Sequence record: PP496998.1
Direction: 5' to 3' (one strand)
DNA length: 64,000 bases
Origin: Escherichia phage EC.W14-3
The position numbers were made by a program, and so were the translations under genes. Below are positions 41,329-51,048 of this stretch, one piece after another. Below the pieces are notes generated by a model, which worked only from the letters and a program-made list of their open reading frames with translations, was not told the origin of the DNA and ran no database searches. How positions within the stretch are numbered: position 1 is the first letter of the stretch; each line of letters begins with the position of its first letter.

Positions 41329-41384
41329 TTTATACTCCTTCTACATTATCAACAACACAAAAAGCCTCCCAACGGAGGCAAATA

Positions 41385-42017
41385 TTACTTACAATCACCA
41401 ACGGACAGGTTAAACATCTTACCTAGAGCAATCGTCTCACCTTCCCACGGAAGTTCTGCACCCTTCTCTTCCTCTAAAAGAATAGAGCCGTCGACCAAAA
41501 ATTTTTCGTAGTCTCGCAGTGCGTCGTCTACTAGCTCACTCTTGTGAATCCATGTAATTGTTTCTGTACCATCCTCTTCGATTCTAACATCACGATGCCA
41601 TTCATCTTTGGAGGTAATATAATCATGGAGCATTTCGTATTCAGCTTCTTCAATCATCTCAATCATTGCACGAGCATAGTCAGGGAGGTGATCATGTTTA
41701 GTAGATTCGTATTCAACTACTTCCAGAGTAGAAGGCTTAGCCCGTGCAACTTCTTCAAGTACTTTTGAGCGATCTTTGTAGTAGTTCTCATATTTATCAC
41801 CAATAGTACCGACTTGAAGTCCACGGTATTGTTCTACTAAACTCATCATATCTTTCTTCTCCGTAATAGTTGGTTTAAGAATACTTCCACTATATAAATC
41901 TTGTACAGCCAATCCTGAAACATTTCCCATAGTTTCTAAATGCTGTAAGCTACAACCAGATCGACATAGCTGTGAATTGTAATCGTTAAGGTCCATCGCT
42001 TGGATTAAATTATTCAT
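41385..42017 (-). CDS. hypothetical protein
   Basis: start at MNNLIQ in an ATGAATAA overlap with the upstream gene. Confidence 0.4.
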   Translation of the reverse strand: MNNLIQAMDLNDYNSQLCRSGCSLQHLETMGNVSGLAVQDLYSGSILKPTITEKKDMMSLVEQYRGLQVGTIGDKYENYYKDRSKVLEEVARAKPSTLEVVEYESTKHDHLPDYARAMIEMIEEAEYEMLHDYITSKDEWHRDVRIEEDGTETITWIHKSELVDDALRDYEKFLVDGSILLEEEKGAELPWEGETIALGKMFNLSVGDCK

Positions 42018-42264
42018 TTGTATCTCCCTTGCTGTAATCTTTGTATGTTTCTTTTCTGTAAGTGCGGAATGCTCTGAAGAAGAGCCAACCAAAACTACTT
42101 ACATCAATTGTAATATCGAAATCTGTTTCATCATCTAAATCAACAAGACGGCCTAAGCAAGTAGCTTCCATCCCTTCTTCAGAGTCACTGTTGACCACGA
42201 AAGCGTATGTCTCCGTTCTGAACCGAGGCACCATCTCTGATAAAAAGTCTAGTACTAAATTCAT
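42010..42264 (-). CDS. small acidic hypothetical protein, first gene of the minus-strand block
   Basis: GAGGAG SD upstream of ATG; translationally coupled to the next gene. Confidence 0.35.
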   Translation of the reverse strand: MNLVLDFLSEMVPRFRTETYAFVVNSDSEEGMEATCLGRLVDLDDETDFDITIDVSSFGWLFFRAFRTYRKETYKDYSKGDTNE

Positions 42265-42269
42265 AATTC

Positions 42270-43500
42270 TTCTCCTCTGAATAAGAGTATAAAGGGCACA
42301 TCATAAGACCTACCCGTAAAGGCCACCTCACATTAACACCCGTGAGAATACCTGTATTCATTTTCGTAGTCTTCTTCAGAGAAGCTACCGTATTCATCTT
42401 CTGTCATACATCCCTCTGATAAAGTTAAGACATAAAGGGGACGTCATCTTTGATGACTACTTCACATTAAGGCACCCCCATAAAGGCCATGTCACGTTAA
42501 GGCCTATCCATCCATGTGCTGTGTTTAAGCTTACCACATTTACTACATCTCCAAGTGGACTTATAAAGGGTGTGAACTCTTTCATCCCCGTAAGCTTTGC
42601 GTATCCGATAGTACTCATGATCACATTTGAATTGCTTAATGATTAACTTAATTTTCCACATAAGTTCTCTTTCAACCTTATATATAAGAGTTTAAAATAC
42701 AGATTTATAAAAAATAAAGATGTATATATCTGTTTAAAATTCTGATTTGACCGAGTGGGGCTAGCCGCTCGCCGCGCGTTTCCTAAAAGGGGGGAGTCCT
42801 CATTTAAAAAAGGGTTATTGGCAATGCCTTTACACCTCCTTCCACGTTCCAACCTTTCCCCGTGCCTACTCCCCGTTATTCTTTCCCCGTGTATACCATC
42901 CTATTCATTAGCTACCCGTTTATTTAGTACCCCTTTAGAGAGTGAGAGAAAGGCTATACTCTGATAAGGCACAATCATAACAGGTCTAATAATACCGTAT
43001 TGTTACCGTTCAGCTCCCCATAGTTTGAATGTAAATAGTTTCAATAGTAATGATTATGAGTGCAATAATGATGTATGTATTAATTAAGTGGATGATTGTA
43101 ATTCTTTTAATAATTGCTTTTATTCTTTTCTTTTTCAGCGTGCCTTTGTGAGCGTAGCGAACGTCTTTGATGTTTGAGTTATACAATTATTTAAGTGGTA
43201 TATTATTACCGCACTATCTTGCTATGTTTCCCCGTGGTCTACCCTGCGGTTGTATGCTCCCCGTGTCCTGGTCTGTTGGTCTGCTACCCGTAGCACCAGC
43301 GTAACACCCGTAGGATTAGTGTTATAAAGTAACAATAGCTAGTAAGCTGATTCTCTGAGTATGGAAGGTTTAGTAAATTAAATTCCTTTAGTTTTCAGTG
43401 AGTTATAAGAAAGTTAGAAAATAAATGGTTGACAGGTTTTTCCTTTATTATATAGTTGCGATTGTAATTTGTAGTTTTCATCAACCATAAGGAATATCAA
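42270..43500. promoter_or_regulatory. ORF-free divergent control region with two families of short direct repeats
   Basis: three repeats of TAAAGGCCAC..CACATTAA and about eight CCCCGT(G)/ACCCGT motifs; divergent genes on both sides. Confidence 0.45.
43429..43457 (+). promoter_or_regulatory. sigma70-type promoter
   Basis: TTGACA, 16-17 nt spacer, TATAGT, about 45 nt upstream of the first early ORF. Confidence 0.5.
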
Positions 43501-44373
43501 ATGTCTAAAGTAGCAATTAACCACTTGAACAAAGCAAACGAAAGCCTTTCCTCTTTAGGCTTAACCGTTGGTAGTCCTGATGCGTGGATGGAAAACGAAA
43601 GCGCACGTAAAGGATTCAAAAACTCTGTAATGCTGGCTTGCTTGATCATTAATTCTACTGCGAACGCCTTACAGTGTGAAGATGAAAGCACGTTCAAAGA
43701 GAATGGCTTTACCGATATACAGGACGCTATCAACTGTTACATTCAGGCAAATTTGGATAGCTGGAATCAGAAAGATTGGCCTGAGTCATGCCGTGATGTG
43801 AAAGCTGAATTATCCCGCTTGTCTGTCATGGTTGAAGCATGGAACAAGAAAAACAAGAAACAACCAATCAAGCCTACTGTTGCAAGTAAGATTATGAAGT
43901 CTGTTAATCTGGCAAGTTATGCACTGGTTGCAGCTATCGGTGTTAGTGCACTGGTCACGTCTCTTTCTGATAAGGCTATCGCTAGTCCTGCTCCTGCAAC
44001 TGATGCGGCTAGTGTCTTCTCTAGTTCCATCAATAAGGGTTGGATGATTTGCAACGGTGCGGATAGTGACGGCAATAATATCGTGCTAAAGATGAAATTT
44101 AGCAACGTAACAAATGATGGAGTTCTCTTTCAATCTAAAACGTTAGATAATCAGCCTAACAGTGATCTAGTTCTCAAGCGTACTGATAACGATGCGGATA
44201 TGGTGACATTTGGCACTGTACAACGTTATGAAGACGTTAAAGCTGTAACCAACCTAGTGAGCTATGGCCCGATCAATGAGTCGATGATCGCCACCACGGT
44301 TTACAATAACGCTGATAATGCTGTTTATACTGTTCACGTTAATTTAGCCAACTGCATTAAGGCTAGTAAGTAA
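43501..44373 (+). CDS. early protein with one central TM segment
   Basis: 290 aa; hydrophobic SVNLASYALVAAIGVSALVTSL. Confidence 0.45.
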   Translation: MSKVAINHLNKANESLSSLGLTVGSPDAWMENESARKGFKNSVMLACLIINSTANALQCEDESTFKENGFTDIQDAINCYIQANLDSWNQKDWPESCRDVKAELSRLSVMVEAWNKKNKKQPIKPTVASKIMKSVNLASYALVAAIGVSALVTSLSDKAIASPAPATDAASVFSSSINKGWMICNGADSDGNNIVLKMKFSNVTNDGVLFQSKTLDNQPNSDLVLKRTDNDADMVTFGTVQRYEDVKAVTNLVSYGPINESMIATTVYNNADNAVYTVHVNLANCIKASK

Positions 44374-44397
44374 ATAACCTATTTTGGGAGTGTAAAA

Positions 44398-44661
44398 ATG
44401 GCTATCAAAGAAATTAAGTTATCTAATGGCTTTTCTTGTTTTGTTGGTGGAAGCTCTATCCTGTTTAATACACTTGATGGTCAGATAACGTTACCTGTTA
44501 TCACTTTTTGCAGGATGGAATATCAGCCTCTTAAAGATTGGCTAGCCTTTGCTGATTTTGAAATTACCCGTGAAGACTTCAAATCAATCTATATTGACGG
44601 TGATTTATCACTGGCTAACCTGCTCAATCATGGACTAATTAAGGGTGATATTAATGGGTAA
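44398..44661 (+). CDS. hypothetical early protein
   Basis: ORF track. Confidence 0.4.
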   Translation: MAIKEIKLSNGFSCFVGGSSILFNTLDGQITLPVITFCRMEYQPLKDWLAFADFEITREDFKSIYIDGDLSLANLLNHGLIKGDING

Positions 44662-44908
44662 TGAAACAATCGCACTGATTGACACGCACAATTACGGTGG
44701 CGTTACGCTCTCCTTTGATGAGTCAATCGACTACACTTATTTGTCCTTTCTAACTAAGGGTGAAATAAAAACTATTAGCTTTCCTGCGGTCTATTTAGTA
44801 CAGGATTATCTCACTATTGGGAAGTATTTAGCCCAACGCGGGATTCTTCTGTCGCTGGAAGAAGTGGAACAGGTTAGCGTAGCATTTTTTGGCGAGGATA
44901 GCAACTAG
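44645..44908 (+). CDS. hypothetical early protein
   Basis: ORF track; overlaps previous stop. Confidence 0.4.
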   Translation: MILMGNETIALIDTHNYGGVTLSFDESIDYTYLSFLTKGEIKTISFPAVYLVQDYLTIGKYLAQRGILLSLEEVEQVSVAFFGEDSN

Positions 44909-45000
44909 TGATTCATGATTATTTTTGGCGTTGCTTGTTCGTTGTTACAGTGGCGTTATTCGTCGCTGATATGCTTTATTCTTATATTCTCTAACTATAG

Positions 45001-45378
45001 GTGATTATTATCATGGGTATTATCAAATTTGTAGTAAAAGTATTCGTGGGCTTCTTCCTTGTCGTTCTCCTGCTGGGTGTGCTCCTATCGGCTATGGGTA
45101 GCGTTAAGGCTGCAACATTCTCCCCTGCTACGGTGGAAGGTTTACAGTGCACCTATTTGATAGAAAATTATGATACCGGTAAAAAGTCACCTAAAGTTAT
45201 TATTTTGCATGTAAATGATTTCGATCATGTGCAATCAGATAGTAAAACTATTCTACTGGTAAATGAAACTACTGGTAAACAAATCACGGTCGATCACTTG
45301 ATGCGCTCATCGTTAACGCTCTTTGATGAGTCCATGAATGAAATGGCATCCGGTAATGGTCAATGTGTAAATCCATAG
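45001..45378 (+). CDS. secreted or membrane early protein
   Basis: N-terminal signal/TM FVVKVFVGFFLVVLLLGVLLSAMG. Confidence 0.4.
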   Translation: MIIIMGIIKFVVKVFVGFFLVVLLLGVLLSAMGSVKAATFSPATVEGLQCTYLIENYDTGKKSPKVIILHVNDFDHVQSDSKTILLVNETTGKQITVDHLMRSSLTLFDESMNEMASGNGQCVNP

Positions 45379-45682
45379 GCTTAATCTTTCTCCTGTATTG
45401 TGCCGTAGTCATGCCTATGGTCATAATTTATCTGATGCTTTAAATCCTTCCTGTAAGCCTCCTAGTGAGGCTTTTCTCTTTTATGAGGTGATTGTATGCC
45501 TTACTCCCTTTTAGCTCGTTGTGGTGCGTTACAGGCCGCTTATTATTGCTTTACAAGCCGTTTTCTATGATGTATCACGCGCCCCCGCTCTTTTACCTCC
45601 TGATTTCTTCCGGTGTCCTACCGACAATAAAATAAATTCCTTTATAAAACAGTGAGATGAAAAATAATTTGAAAAAAGGGTA

Positions 45683-45710
45683 TTGACATGATTTTCCTTT
45701 ATAGTAATAT
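45683..45710 (+). promoter_or_regulatory. sigma70-type promoter
   Basis: TTGACA, 16 nt spacer, TAATAT. Confidence 0.5.
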
Positions 45711-45839
45711 GAATCCCGTAGTAAGCAGTAAGTAACAACAAGTAGTAAAAACTCCTCGATAGGTGATTAGCATCACGGTAAAAGGCTTCAACGGGGAGCG
45801 GTAGGAATACCGACAGTAAGACGCACAATGAAGGTGCTA

Positions 45840-45849
45840 CGCTCTTTAA
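45840..45849 (+). repeat. CGCTCTTTAA motif, copy 1 of 4
   Basis: further exact copies at 45950, 46078 and 46311, each followed by an A-rich run. Confidence 0.5.
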
Positions 45850-45888
45850 AAATCAGGCTAGAAAGTGAAAATATTCTTAAAAAGAGTA

Positions 45889-45917
45889 TTGACACCGAAA
45901 ACAGCCTGATTCATAAT
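45889..45917 (+). promoter_or_regulatory. sigma70-type promoter (duplicate of the promoter at 46192)
   Basis: TTGACA, 17 nt spacer, CATAAT; about 50 bp near-identical to 46180..46240. Confidence 0.55.
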
Positions 45918-45949
45918 AAGCACTCAGTCAGCGATGACTTAAAAAATCC

Positions 45950-45959
45950 CGCTCTTTAA
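45950..45959 (+). repeat. CGCTCTTTAA motif, copy 2
   Basis: exact 10-mer. Confidence 0.5.
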
Positions 45960-46077
45960 AAACTTATCATCTTGCCTTTTCGCATAGATTCACGCGAGAT
46001 AAGGGAAAAGAATAAAAGAAGATGATAAAAAAGAGATTGACAAGCTAACACGATGTGTTAAGCTGTAAATGCTACAC

Positions 46078-46087
46078 CGCTCTTTAA
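46078..46087 (+). repeat. CGCTCTTTAA motif, copy 3
   Basis: exact 10-mer. Confidence 0.5.
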
Positions 46088-46191
46088 CAATATGAATCAT
46101 AAGTTAAGCATCACCGCTTAATCTTCAATCAAATAAAGCTGATTGATATATCCTCCCAATAGCGGGAACGACGAAAAAGATTAAAAAGTGG

Positions 46192-46220
46192 TTGACAGCG
46201 AAAACAACATGATTCATAAT
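46192..46220 (+). promoter_or_regulatory. sigma70-type promoter (duplicate of the promoter at 45889)
   Basis: TTGACA, 17 nt spacer, CATAAT. Confidence 0.55.
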
Positions 46221-46310
46221 GAGCACTCACTAAGCAAATCACCGCTTCAGTGAAAAGCGTAACAACGGCTAACAGTTGCATAGTGTGAGAAAGCACACTG
46301 ATAGATTTAC

Positions 46311-46320
46311 CGCTCTTTAA
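46311..46320 (+). repeat. CGCTCTTTAA motif, copy 4
   Basis: exact 10-mer. Confidence 0.5.
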
Positions 46321-47141
46321 TAATTTAAACATTCTCCTATATCGGTTGAATATGTTAGATGATAATAACCATCGGATAACATACCAGATAAAACGGTGTA
46401 AGATTCTCTAAACTATCAGAGAAAACAATCTTATAATCCCTTGCTGGAAACGTCACCACTGATAAACGGATTCATTGAGTGTACGCAAAGATTTAAGCTA
46501 ATCGCCCACGGTTAAGGGTAGCGGCGGTCATCGCTAACAAGGCGCTACAGTGAAAGAAGTTAATCAGGGTAGGCAAGCCCGAAGAATTAACGCTCAATTG
46601 AGAGCGGCGGGGAGTGGTTAAAAAGTGGCAAATTGCTATTTAACAATAAGGTTTAGTGTGAACGTTTACGATGTGAATGATTTGAGGCCACTATTGATGG
46701 CGTACATAGTCAGTTTATGTAGTAAACTTGCCGAAAGATATAAAACGTCAGAACATTAGACGGTCAATGACTCTTTCACAATAGCATCCCGTTGTGGGCG
46801 ATGGCTAGTGATTGAGAGTTGATACAAAAGGATAGGCGAGAGCGAAAGCAAAGTAGACGATATTGCCGACGGTTACAATAAACGTAACTAATTAGAGTCG
46901 GACGCACTGCCTTATTGTGATGATTGATCATCGCTATCAGGTCGGCTTCGTTTATAGCGACTAATTAAAGATACCAGATGAAACATCACGGATAAGGGGG
47001 CGGCAAGGTTAACTCCTGATAAGACCGCCCCGCTTACCTATAACTACTTAACAACGAGTGGTTATAGTTAAGTTAATAGTGACTTAAACAAGCTCATAGA
47101 GAGCGGGGCAATAGCGCCCTTACAAGTGAAAGGTGAATATC

Positions 47142-48041
47142 ATGGCTAAAATCTTTACTCTGGTTAACGAATCCGGTTTTAATGCTCTGGCTAACAACAT
47201 TCGCAGTAATAACGCGGCGATCAAACAAGATGTTTCTAACTTCCTGTTAGGGCACTTACAGCACTTCCGCAGTAATGGTAAGAAGCTGGACGTATTGCAG
47301 TCGGCGGTTGACTTTCTGTTAACTGAACGTTTCCGTGATATGGATGTTATTGCCACTGCAATTACTTTCTTAACTCCTATCAAGTTTAACACCGATGCGG
47401 CAAATGGTCGTAAAAAGTGGATTAATCTGGAAGGTGAGGCGAAAGCTAAAGAAGACGCGAAAGAAGCGCAAATTAAAACCAAAATGGAACAAAACCGCGC
47501 TCGCTGGTCAAATGCTTTCGAGAATTTTGCTTTAGGCCGTGAAATTGAAGTTGATAATCCTAACTTTTACAAGGGTTGCAATGACAACGTGGCGGCACAC
47601 CTGCAAATCCCGGCGAAAAACAAGGAAGATTTTAATCAGGATATTTACGCTTTAGTTGAACGCTTGAATGCAATCCGTATTGAAGCCAAATTATTGGCTG
47701 ATGAGCGCAATGGTGCTACCAGCGATAACACTATCGCCTTAAGTGAAGAAGTGGGCAAAGTTAAGAAGTCATTCGACTCGCTCATCAAGAAAGTCACGGC
47801 CTCAACGGTAGCGATCTCTGATAACTACCTGATGAACGCATCAAGCAAGGAATTAGAATCACTCGATTCATACGCTGATGAAATGGAAAAGACTGTTGCA
47901 GCTATGCAGGAGAAGTTAGAAAGTCTGCGCGGTCGTATCTCTTCAACGGTTGCTACCCGTACCGAACAAGCTGCGAAAGCAGAAGAGGAAGAAGTATTGC
48001 GTAAAGCGGCTGAAATTATGGCGGCACGTCAAGCGGCATAA
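47142..48041 (+). CDS. hypothetical early protein (300 aa, helical)
   Basis: ATG with AAAGGTGA SD; first long ORF after the 1.7 kb ORF-free stretch. Confidence 0.5.
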   Translation: MAKIFTLVNESGFNALANNIRSNNAAIKQDVSNFLLGHLQHFRSNGKKLDVLQSAVDFLLTERFRDMDVIATAITFLTPIKFNTDAANGRKKWINLEGEAKAKEDAKEAQIKTKMEQNRARWSNAFENFALGREIEVDNPNFYKGCNDNVAAHLQIPAKNKEDFNQDIYALVERLNAIRIEAKLLADERNGATSDNTIALSEEVGKVKKSFDSLIKKVTASTVAISDNYLMNASSKELESLDSYADEMEKTVAAMQEKLESLRGRISSTVATRTEQAAKAEEEEVLRKAAEIMAARQAA

Positions 48042-48143
48042 GTAAGACAATTTAAATAAACATAAGGTGCTATCTTAACGGGTAGCGCCTTTTCTTTTAT
48101 CAGTGCATTGATTCAGTGCATTAATCAAAGAATTTAATCAAAG

Positions 48144-48371
48144 GTGATGATCATGTTAATTACGCATACCACGATTTATAGGAATCTTGTCAACGGTCAA
48201 CATTACCGCCTATCTAAAAAATATGGCGTTGAATGTAAATGTATTATTACCGGTGAATGGTATCCGTCACCAATGAAGATTGAAACATTGGAACGTGAAG
48301 CGATCAGCTATATTATCACGCAAGAAACAACGTTAGGCCGTATCTTAAGAAAGTTGGGATTGAGAAAATGA
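48144..48371 (+). CDS. hypothetical protein
   Basis: ORF track. Confidence 0.35.
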   Translation: MMIMLITHTTIYRNLVNGQHYRLSKKYGVECKCIITGEWYPSPMKIETLEREAISYIITQETTLGRILRKLGLRK

Positions 48372-48592
48372 TATTCAGTAATAATTTTGGCAAGTGTCCT
48401 ATTTGTGAGAAACATCGCAGCACGGGAAACCATCGCAAATGTAGTAAGATATTACAGCGCCAACGTGATAACAACCATTGGGATACTGTACACGCTAATC
48501 AGCGTAAAGAAGAAGTTAAAGAAATGGCTGTTAAAGCATCCTTTGCCCAATCCACCCGTATTGAACACATCCAAAGGTATCAAGCATTATGA
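48368..48592 (+). CDS. small zinc-finger-like protein
   Basis: CPICEKH...HRKC Cys/His cluster. Confidence 0.35.
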   Translation: MIFSNNFGKCPICEKHRSTGNHRKCSKILQRQRDNNHWDTVHANQRKEEVKEMAVKASFAQSTRIEHIQRYQAL

Positions 48593-48798
48593 TCACTAAT
48601 ATTTCAGAGTTTAAGAAAGCGCCTTCTCGTCTGTTAGGTCGTCGTGTTGTGTATCTTTATAGCAATAAAGGTAAAGCTACAACTGGACGAATTACAACAG
48701 TAAGTAGTGTTACTAAAGGTTTGCTCAAGTTATGTGTAGCTATGGACGATGGTACAATCCTGCTACGCAGTTGGAAGTCATTTAGTTTACTCGATTAA
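48589..48798 (+). CDS. hypothetical protein
   Basis: ORF track; ATGA overlap. Confidence 0.35.
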   Translation: MITNISEFKKAPSRLLGRRVVYLYSNKGKATTGRITTVSSVTKGLLKLCVAMDDGTILLRSWKSFSLLD

Positions 48799-48867
48799 GT
48801 TATTTGTTCAAGCCTGTCACCTTGATGGGCTTGCCCGATATAATTTATCACTAAAAGGAATAAGGTT

Positions 48868-49311
48868 GTGGCTAAATCTAAAATCAGCATGAAGGGCGGG
48901 CGTTGTTTTTCTATATCTGAACTGGAGAAAGAGAATCCAAAGGCAACCAATCACGTCAGCAAGCGTAGTTTAAAACGTCGTGCTGCAAAGGCTGAAGCTG
49001 AATCCCATATCCCTTCTAGTGTGGCAAAACGTGTAGGCCATCGTGTCCATCGTGCTGATGCGTTATTGTTAGCCGATCATAAACGTTCTTTGTTAAAGAG
49101 CGGGGGAGCAAAAACAGAAGAGGAGAAGAAGTTAGAAATCTTCTGTAATGGTCGCACCCGTGGTAAACAGAAGTTTAAGGGTAGCACGAAAGACCCGCAG
49201 GCTTTTCCTAAGACAAGCCAGTGCGCACCTGATGTTTTCTACGCAGACAGTAAACACAAGTGGGGCGTTGAAAAATACATTGATCCCATCAAAGAGGCGA
49301 GGGTAAAATGA
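48868..49311 (+). CDS. basic hypothetical protein
   Basis: ORF track; Lys/Arg-rich. Confidence 0.4.
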   Translation: MAKSKISMKGGRCFSISELEKENPKATNHVSKRSLKRRAAKAEAESHIPSSVAKRVGHRVHRADALLLADHKRSLLKSGGAKTEEEKKLEIFCNGRTRGKQKFKGSTKDPQAFPKTSQCAPDVFYADSKHKWGVEKYIDPIKEARVK

Positions 49312-49481
49312 TTTATTCAGAGATTCTAAATAAAGTCAGAGAGATGCGGCAAGGTGATGCAGTAGTTGATGTTCTGGTCCATCTGGTAGCATCCTTGCAA
49401 GAAGAAAACGAATTGGTTAAACAAGAAAACAAGGCATTAAGGAAGGCAATAAGTAACCTCTCCAATAGCCTCTCTTTTTAG
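49308..49481 (+). CDS. small hypothetical protein (57 aa)
   Basis: ATGA overlap with previous gene; translation checked by hand. Confidence 0.35.
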   Translation: MIYSEILNKVREMRQGDAVVDVLVHLVASLQEENELVKQENKALRKAISNLSNSLSF

Positions 49482-49536
49482 TACTATGACGCTCTTTCTG
49501 TCGCGTCGTGCCCTCTCCCCATTTGAAGCTTCCGCA

Positions 49537-49560
49537 TAGCCGCCTTTGAGCGGCTTTTTG
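49537..49560 (+). terminator. rho-independent terminator
   Basis: AGCCGCC-TTTGA-GCGGCT followed by TTTTT. Confidence 0.55.
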
Positions 49561-49622
49561 CGTTGCTGTAAGTGCATTTGCGAGTGTATTTATAGCAACG
49601 GTCATGTGTTGCTTTCAGGTTT

Positions 49623-49648
49623 GCCCCGGCTACGGCTGGGGCTTTTTT
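49623..49648 (+). terminator. rho-independent terminator
   Basis: GCCCCGGC-TAC-GGCTGGGGC followed by TTTTTT. Confidence 0.6.
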
Positions 49649-49697
49649 ATGCCCGTAAAACAGGAGGTATCAAGTTCTGATAACAACGGCACAGCTA

Positions 49698-50087
49698 ATG
49701 TTGACATTGACTATTTATTATGAGGCAGGGAATCAGCCAACCGCATGTAAGGCTTTAGTTGCGGATACCGTGATAAATAGAATGGCCCAACGAAAACTGA
49801 CCGCTGAACAGGTGATAAGACAAAAGAACCAGTTTGAGTGGATTCCGGTACTATTAAAACAGGAGAAACCTTATAAACGTTATGTAAAGCTGATTCGTGA
49901 TAAAAATCCGATGACTAAGCAAGCCATTGGAGAAAGCGAGCGGCTGGCTAAACGTGCCCTTAAGAAGAATTATGTTCCGCTGTACAGTGGGACTTACTTT
50001 CAGAGTAAGAGCGAAGGGGTGCCAAAATGGTATGCCAATCCTATGTATTGTGGTGATTTAGTATTTGATAATAGCTCTAGGGAATAA
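49698..50087 (+). CDS. cell-wall hydrolase, SleB/CwlJ-like (Hydrolase_2) domain
   Basis: TIYYEAGNQPTACKALVADTVINRM resembles the conserved N-terminal block of SleB-type hydrolases. Confidence 0.45.
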   Translation: MLTLTIYYEAGNQPTACKALVADTVINRMAQRKLTAEQVIRQKNQFEWIPVLLKQEKPYKRYVKLIRDKNPMTKQAIGESERLAKRALKKNYVPLYSGTYFQSKSEGVPKWYANPMYCGDLVFDNSSRE

Positions 50088-50286
50088 TCACTAGTGCCAG
50101 ATTTGACAAACTAAATTCCTTTATAAACCAACCACTTAGTAAATTTATTGAAAAAGATGGTAGTATTCTGGGACTATGGGTAATGCTCTGTATATAGACC
50201 CTTTGAAAATTTCTTAGAAAATAAGTTTACTAAATATAACTTACTTAAATAATATTACTTTTAATCTCTGATAAAGGGTAAATAAT

Positions 50287-50583
50287 ATGACTTTAGAAGT
50301 ATATAAATTCCTTTTTGTAAGCTGTTTAACTATCAGCGTTCTAGGATTTATTGTTCTAAGAAACAAAGCAGCAAGCTGGGAAAGAATGTATAAATCCCTA
50401 GTCCGAGTGGATGAGATGTATAATGAGAAGGTTAAAGTAACACTCAACGATCTTATTATGCAAGTTGAGGACAGAAACAAGCGTCTTCAGAACCTCAATC
50501 ACGAAGTGTTACGCCTTGCTCGTGCTAATGAAGACTTGCGAATAGCTATTGCTAAGCAGCAGGAGATTAACAGTGATAATTGA
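50287..50583 (+). CDS. membrane protein with N-terminal TM and coiled coil
   Basis: FLFVSCLTISVLGFIVL then heptad-like region. Confidence 0.4.
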   Translation: MTLEVYKFLFVSCLTISVLGFIVLRNKAASWERMYKSLVRVDEMYNEKVKVTLNDLIMQVEDRNKRLQNLNHEVLRLARANEDLRIAIAKQQEINSDN

Positions 50584-50584
50584 T

Positions 50585-50809
50585 ATGAACAACGCCCCAA
50601 AGGTTTTAACTCTTGGGGATTTAGAATCAGGTGATGTATTCCAGTTCCCTCTGGATGGGGAGAATTACTATATGTTATCTAGTCAGAAGTTTGGGACAAC
50701 AGACAAGAGAAGTTATATCAATCTTTCCTGTGGCGTTATTGCAACGGATGAAGGTAATACAGTCATCAAGAAGGTCAGCAATGCTCGGCTTACCAATAAG
50801 GTGGATTAA
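50585..50809 (+). CDS. GDVF-family small protein, paralog A
   Basis: shared pattern L.LGDL..GDVF ... YYM ... G with seven other ORFs. Confidence 0.45.
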   Translation: MNNAPKVLTLGDLESGDVFQFPLDGENYYMLSSQKFGTTDKRSYINLSCGVIATDEGNTVIKKVSNARLTNKVD

Positions 50810-50811
50810 CA

Positions 50812-51048
50812 GTGAAAGTTAATATTAAATCCGATCGTACAATGCTTCGCTTAAACAACATGAAGCCGGGCGTTCTATTTGAGCGTAAAGAATCCCTTTA
50901 CATTAGAACCGACACATTGTACGCAGACAATTATGTCAACTGTGTTGATGTGGTAACTGGAAAGCTCATTCCTTTTAAACGGGATGAAGTCTGCCAAGTA
51001 CGCAGCGATCTCCACATAACTAACATAGAGGCTAAAGATGAAGATTGA
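50812..51048 (+). CDS. GDVF-family small protein, paralog B (divergent)
   Basis: PGVLF ... YI ... VNCVDVVTG pattern; tandem position. Confidence 0.4.
   Translation: MKVNIKSDRTMLRLNNMKPGVLFERKESLYIRTDTLYADNYVNCVDVVTGKLIPFKRDEVCQVRSDLHITNIEAKDED

Noticed and set aside
42270-43500. Prophage attachment site or integrase module
   Set aside because: No integrase/recombinase-like ORF anywhere in the window and no host-like flanking genes; the region looks like a phage control or origin region
45650-46330. Possible CRISPR array suggested by the recurring CGCTCTTTAA motif
   Set aside because: Repeat is only about 10 bp, spacing is irregular (about 110, 128 and 233 bp), the intervening DNA contains promoter duplicates, and no cas genes are present
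45565-46332. Minus-strand ORFs 45565..45828 and 46129..46332
   Set aside because: They overlap the plus-strand promoter array and have low-complexity translations; this region is more likely non-coding
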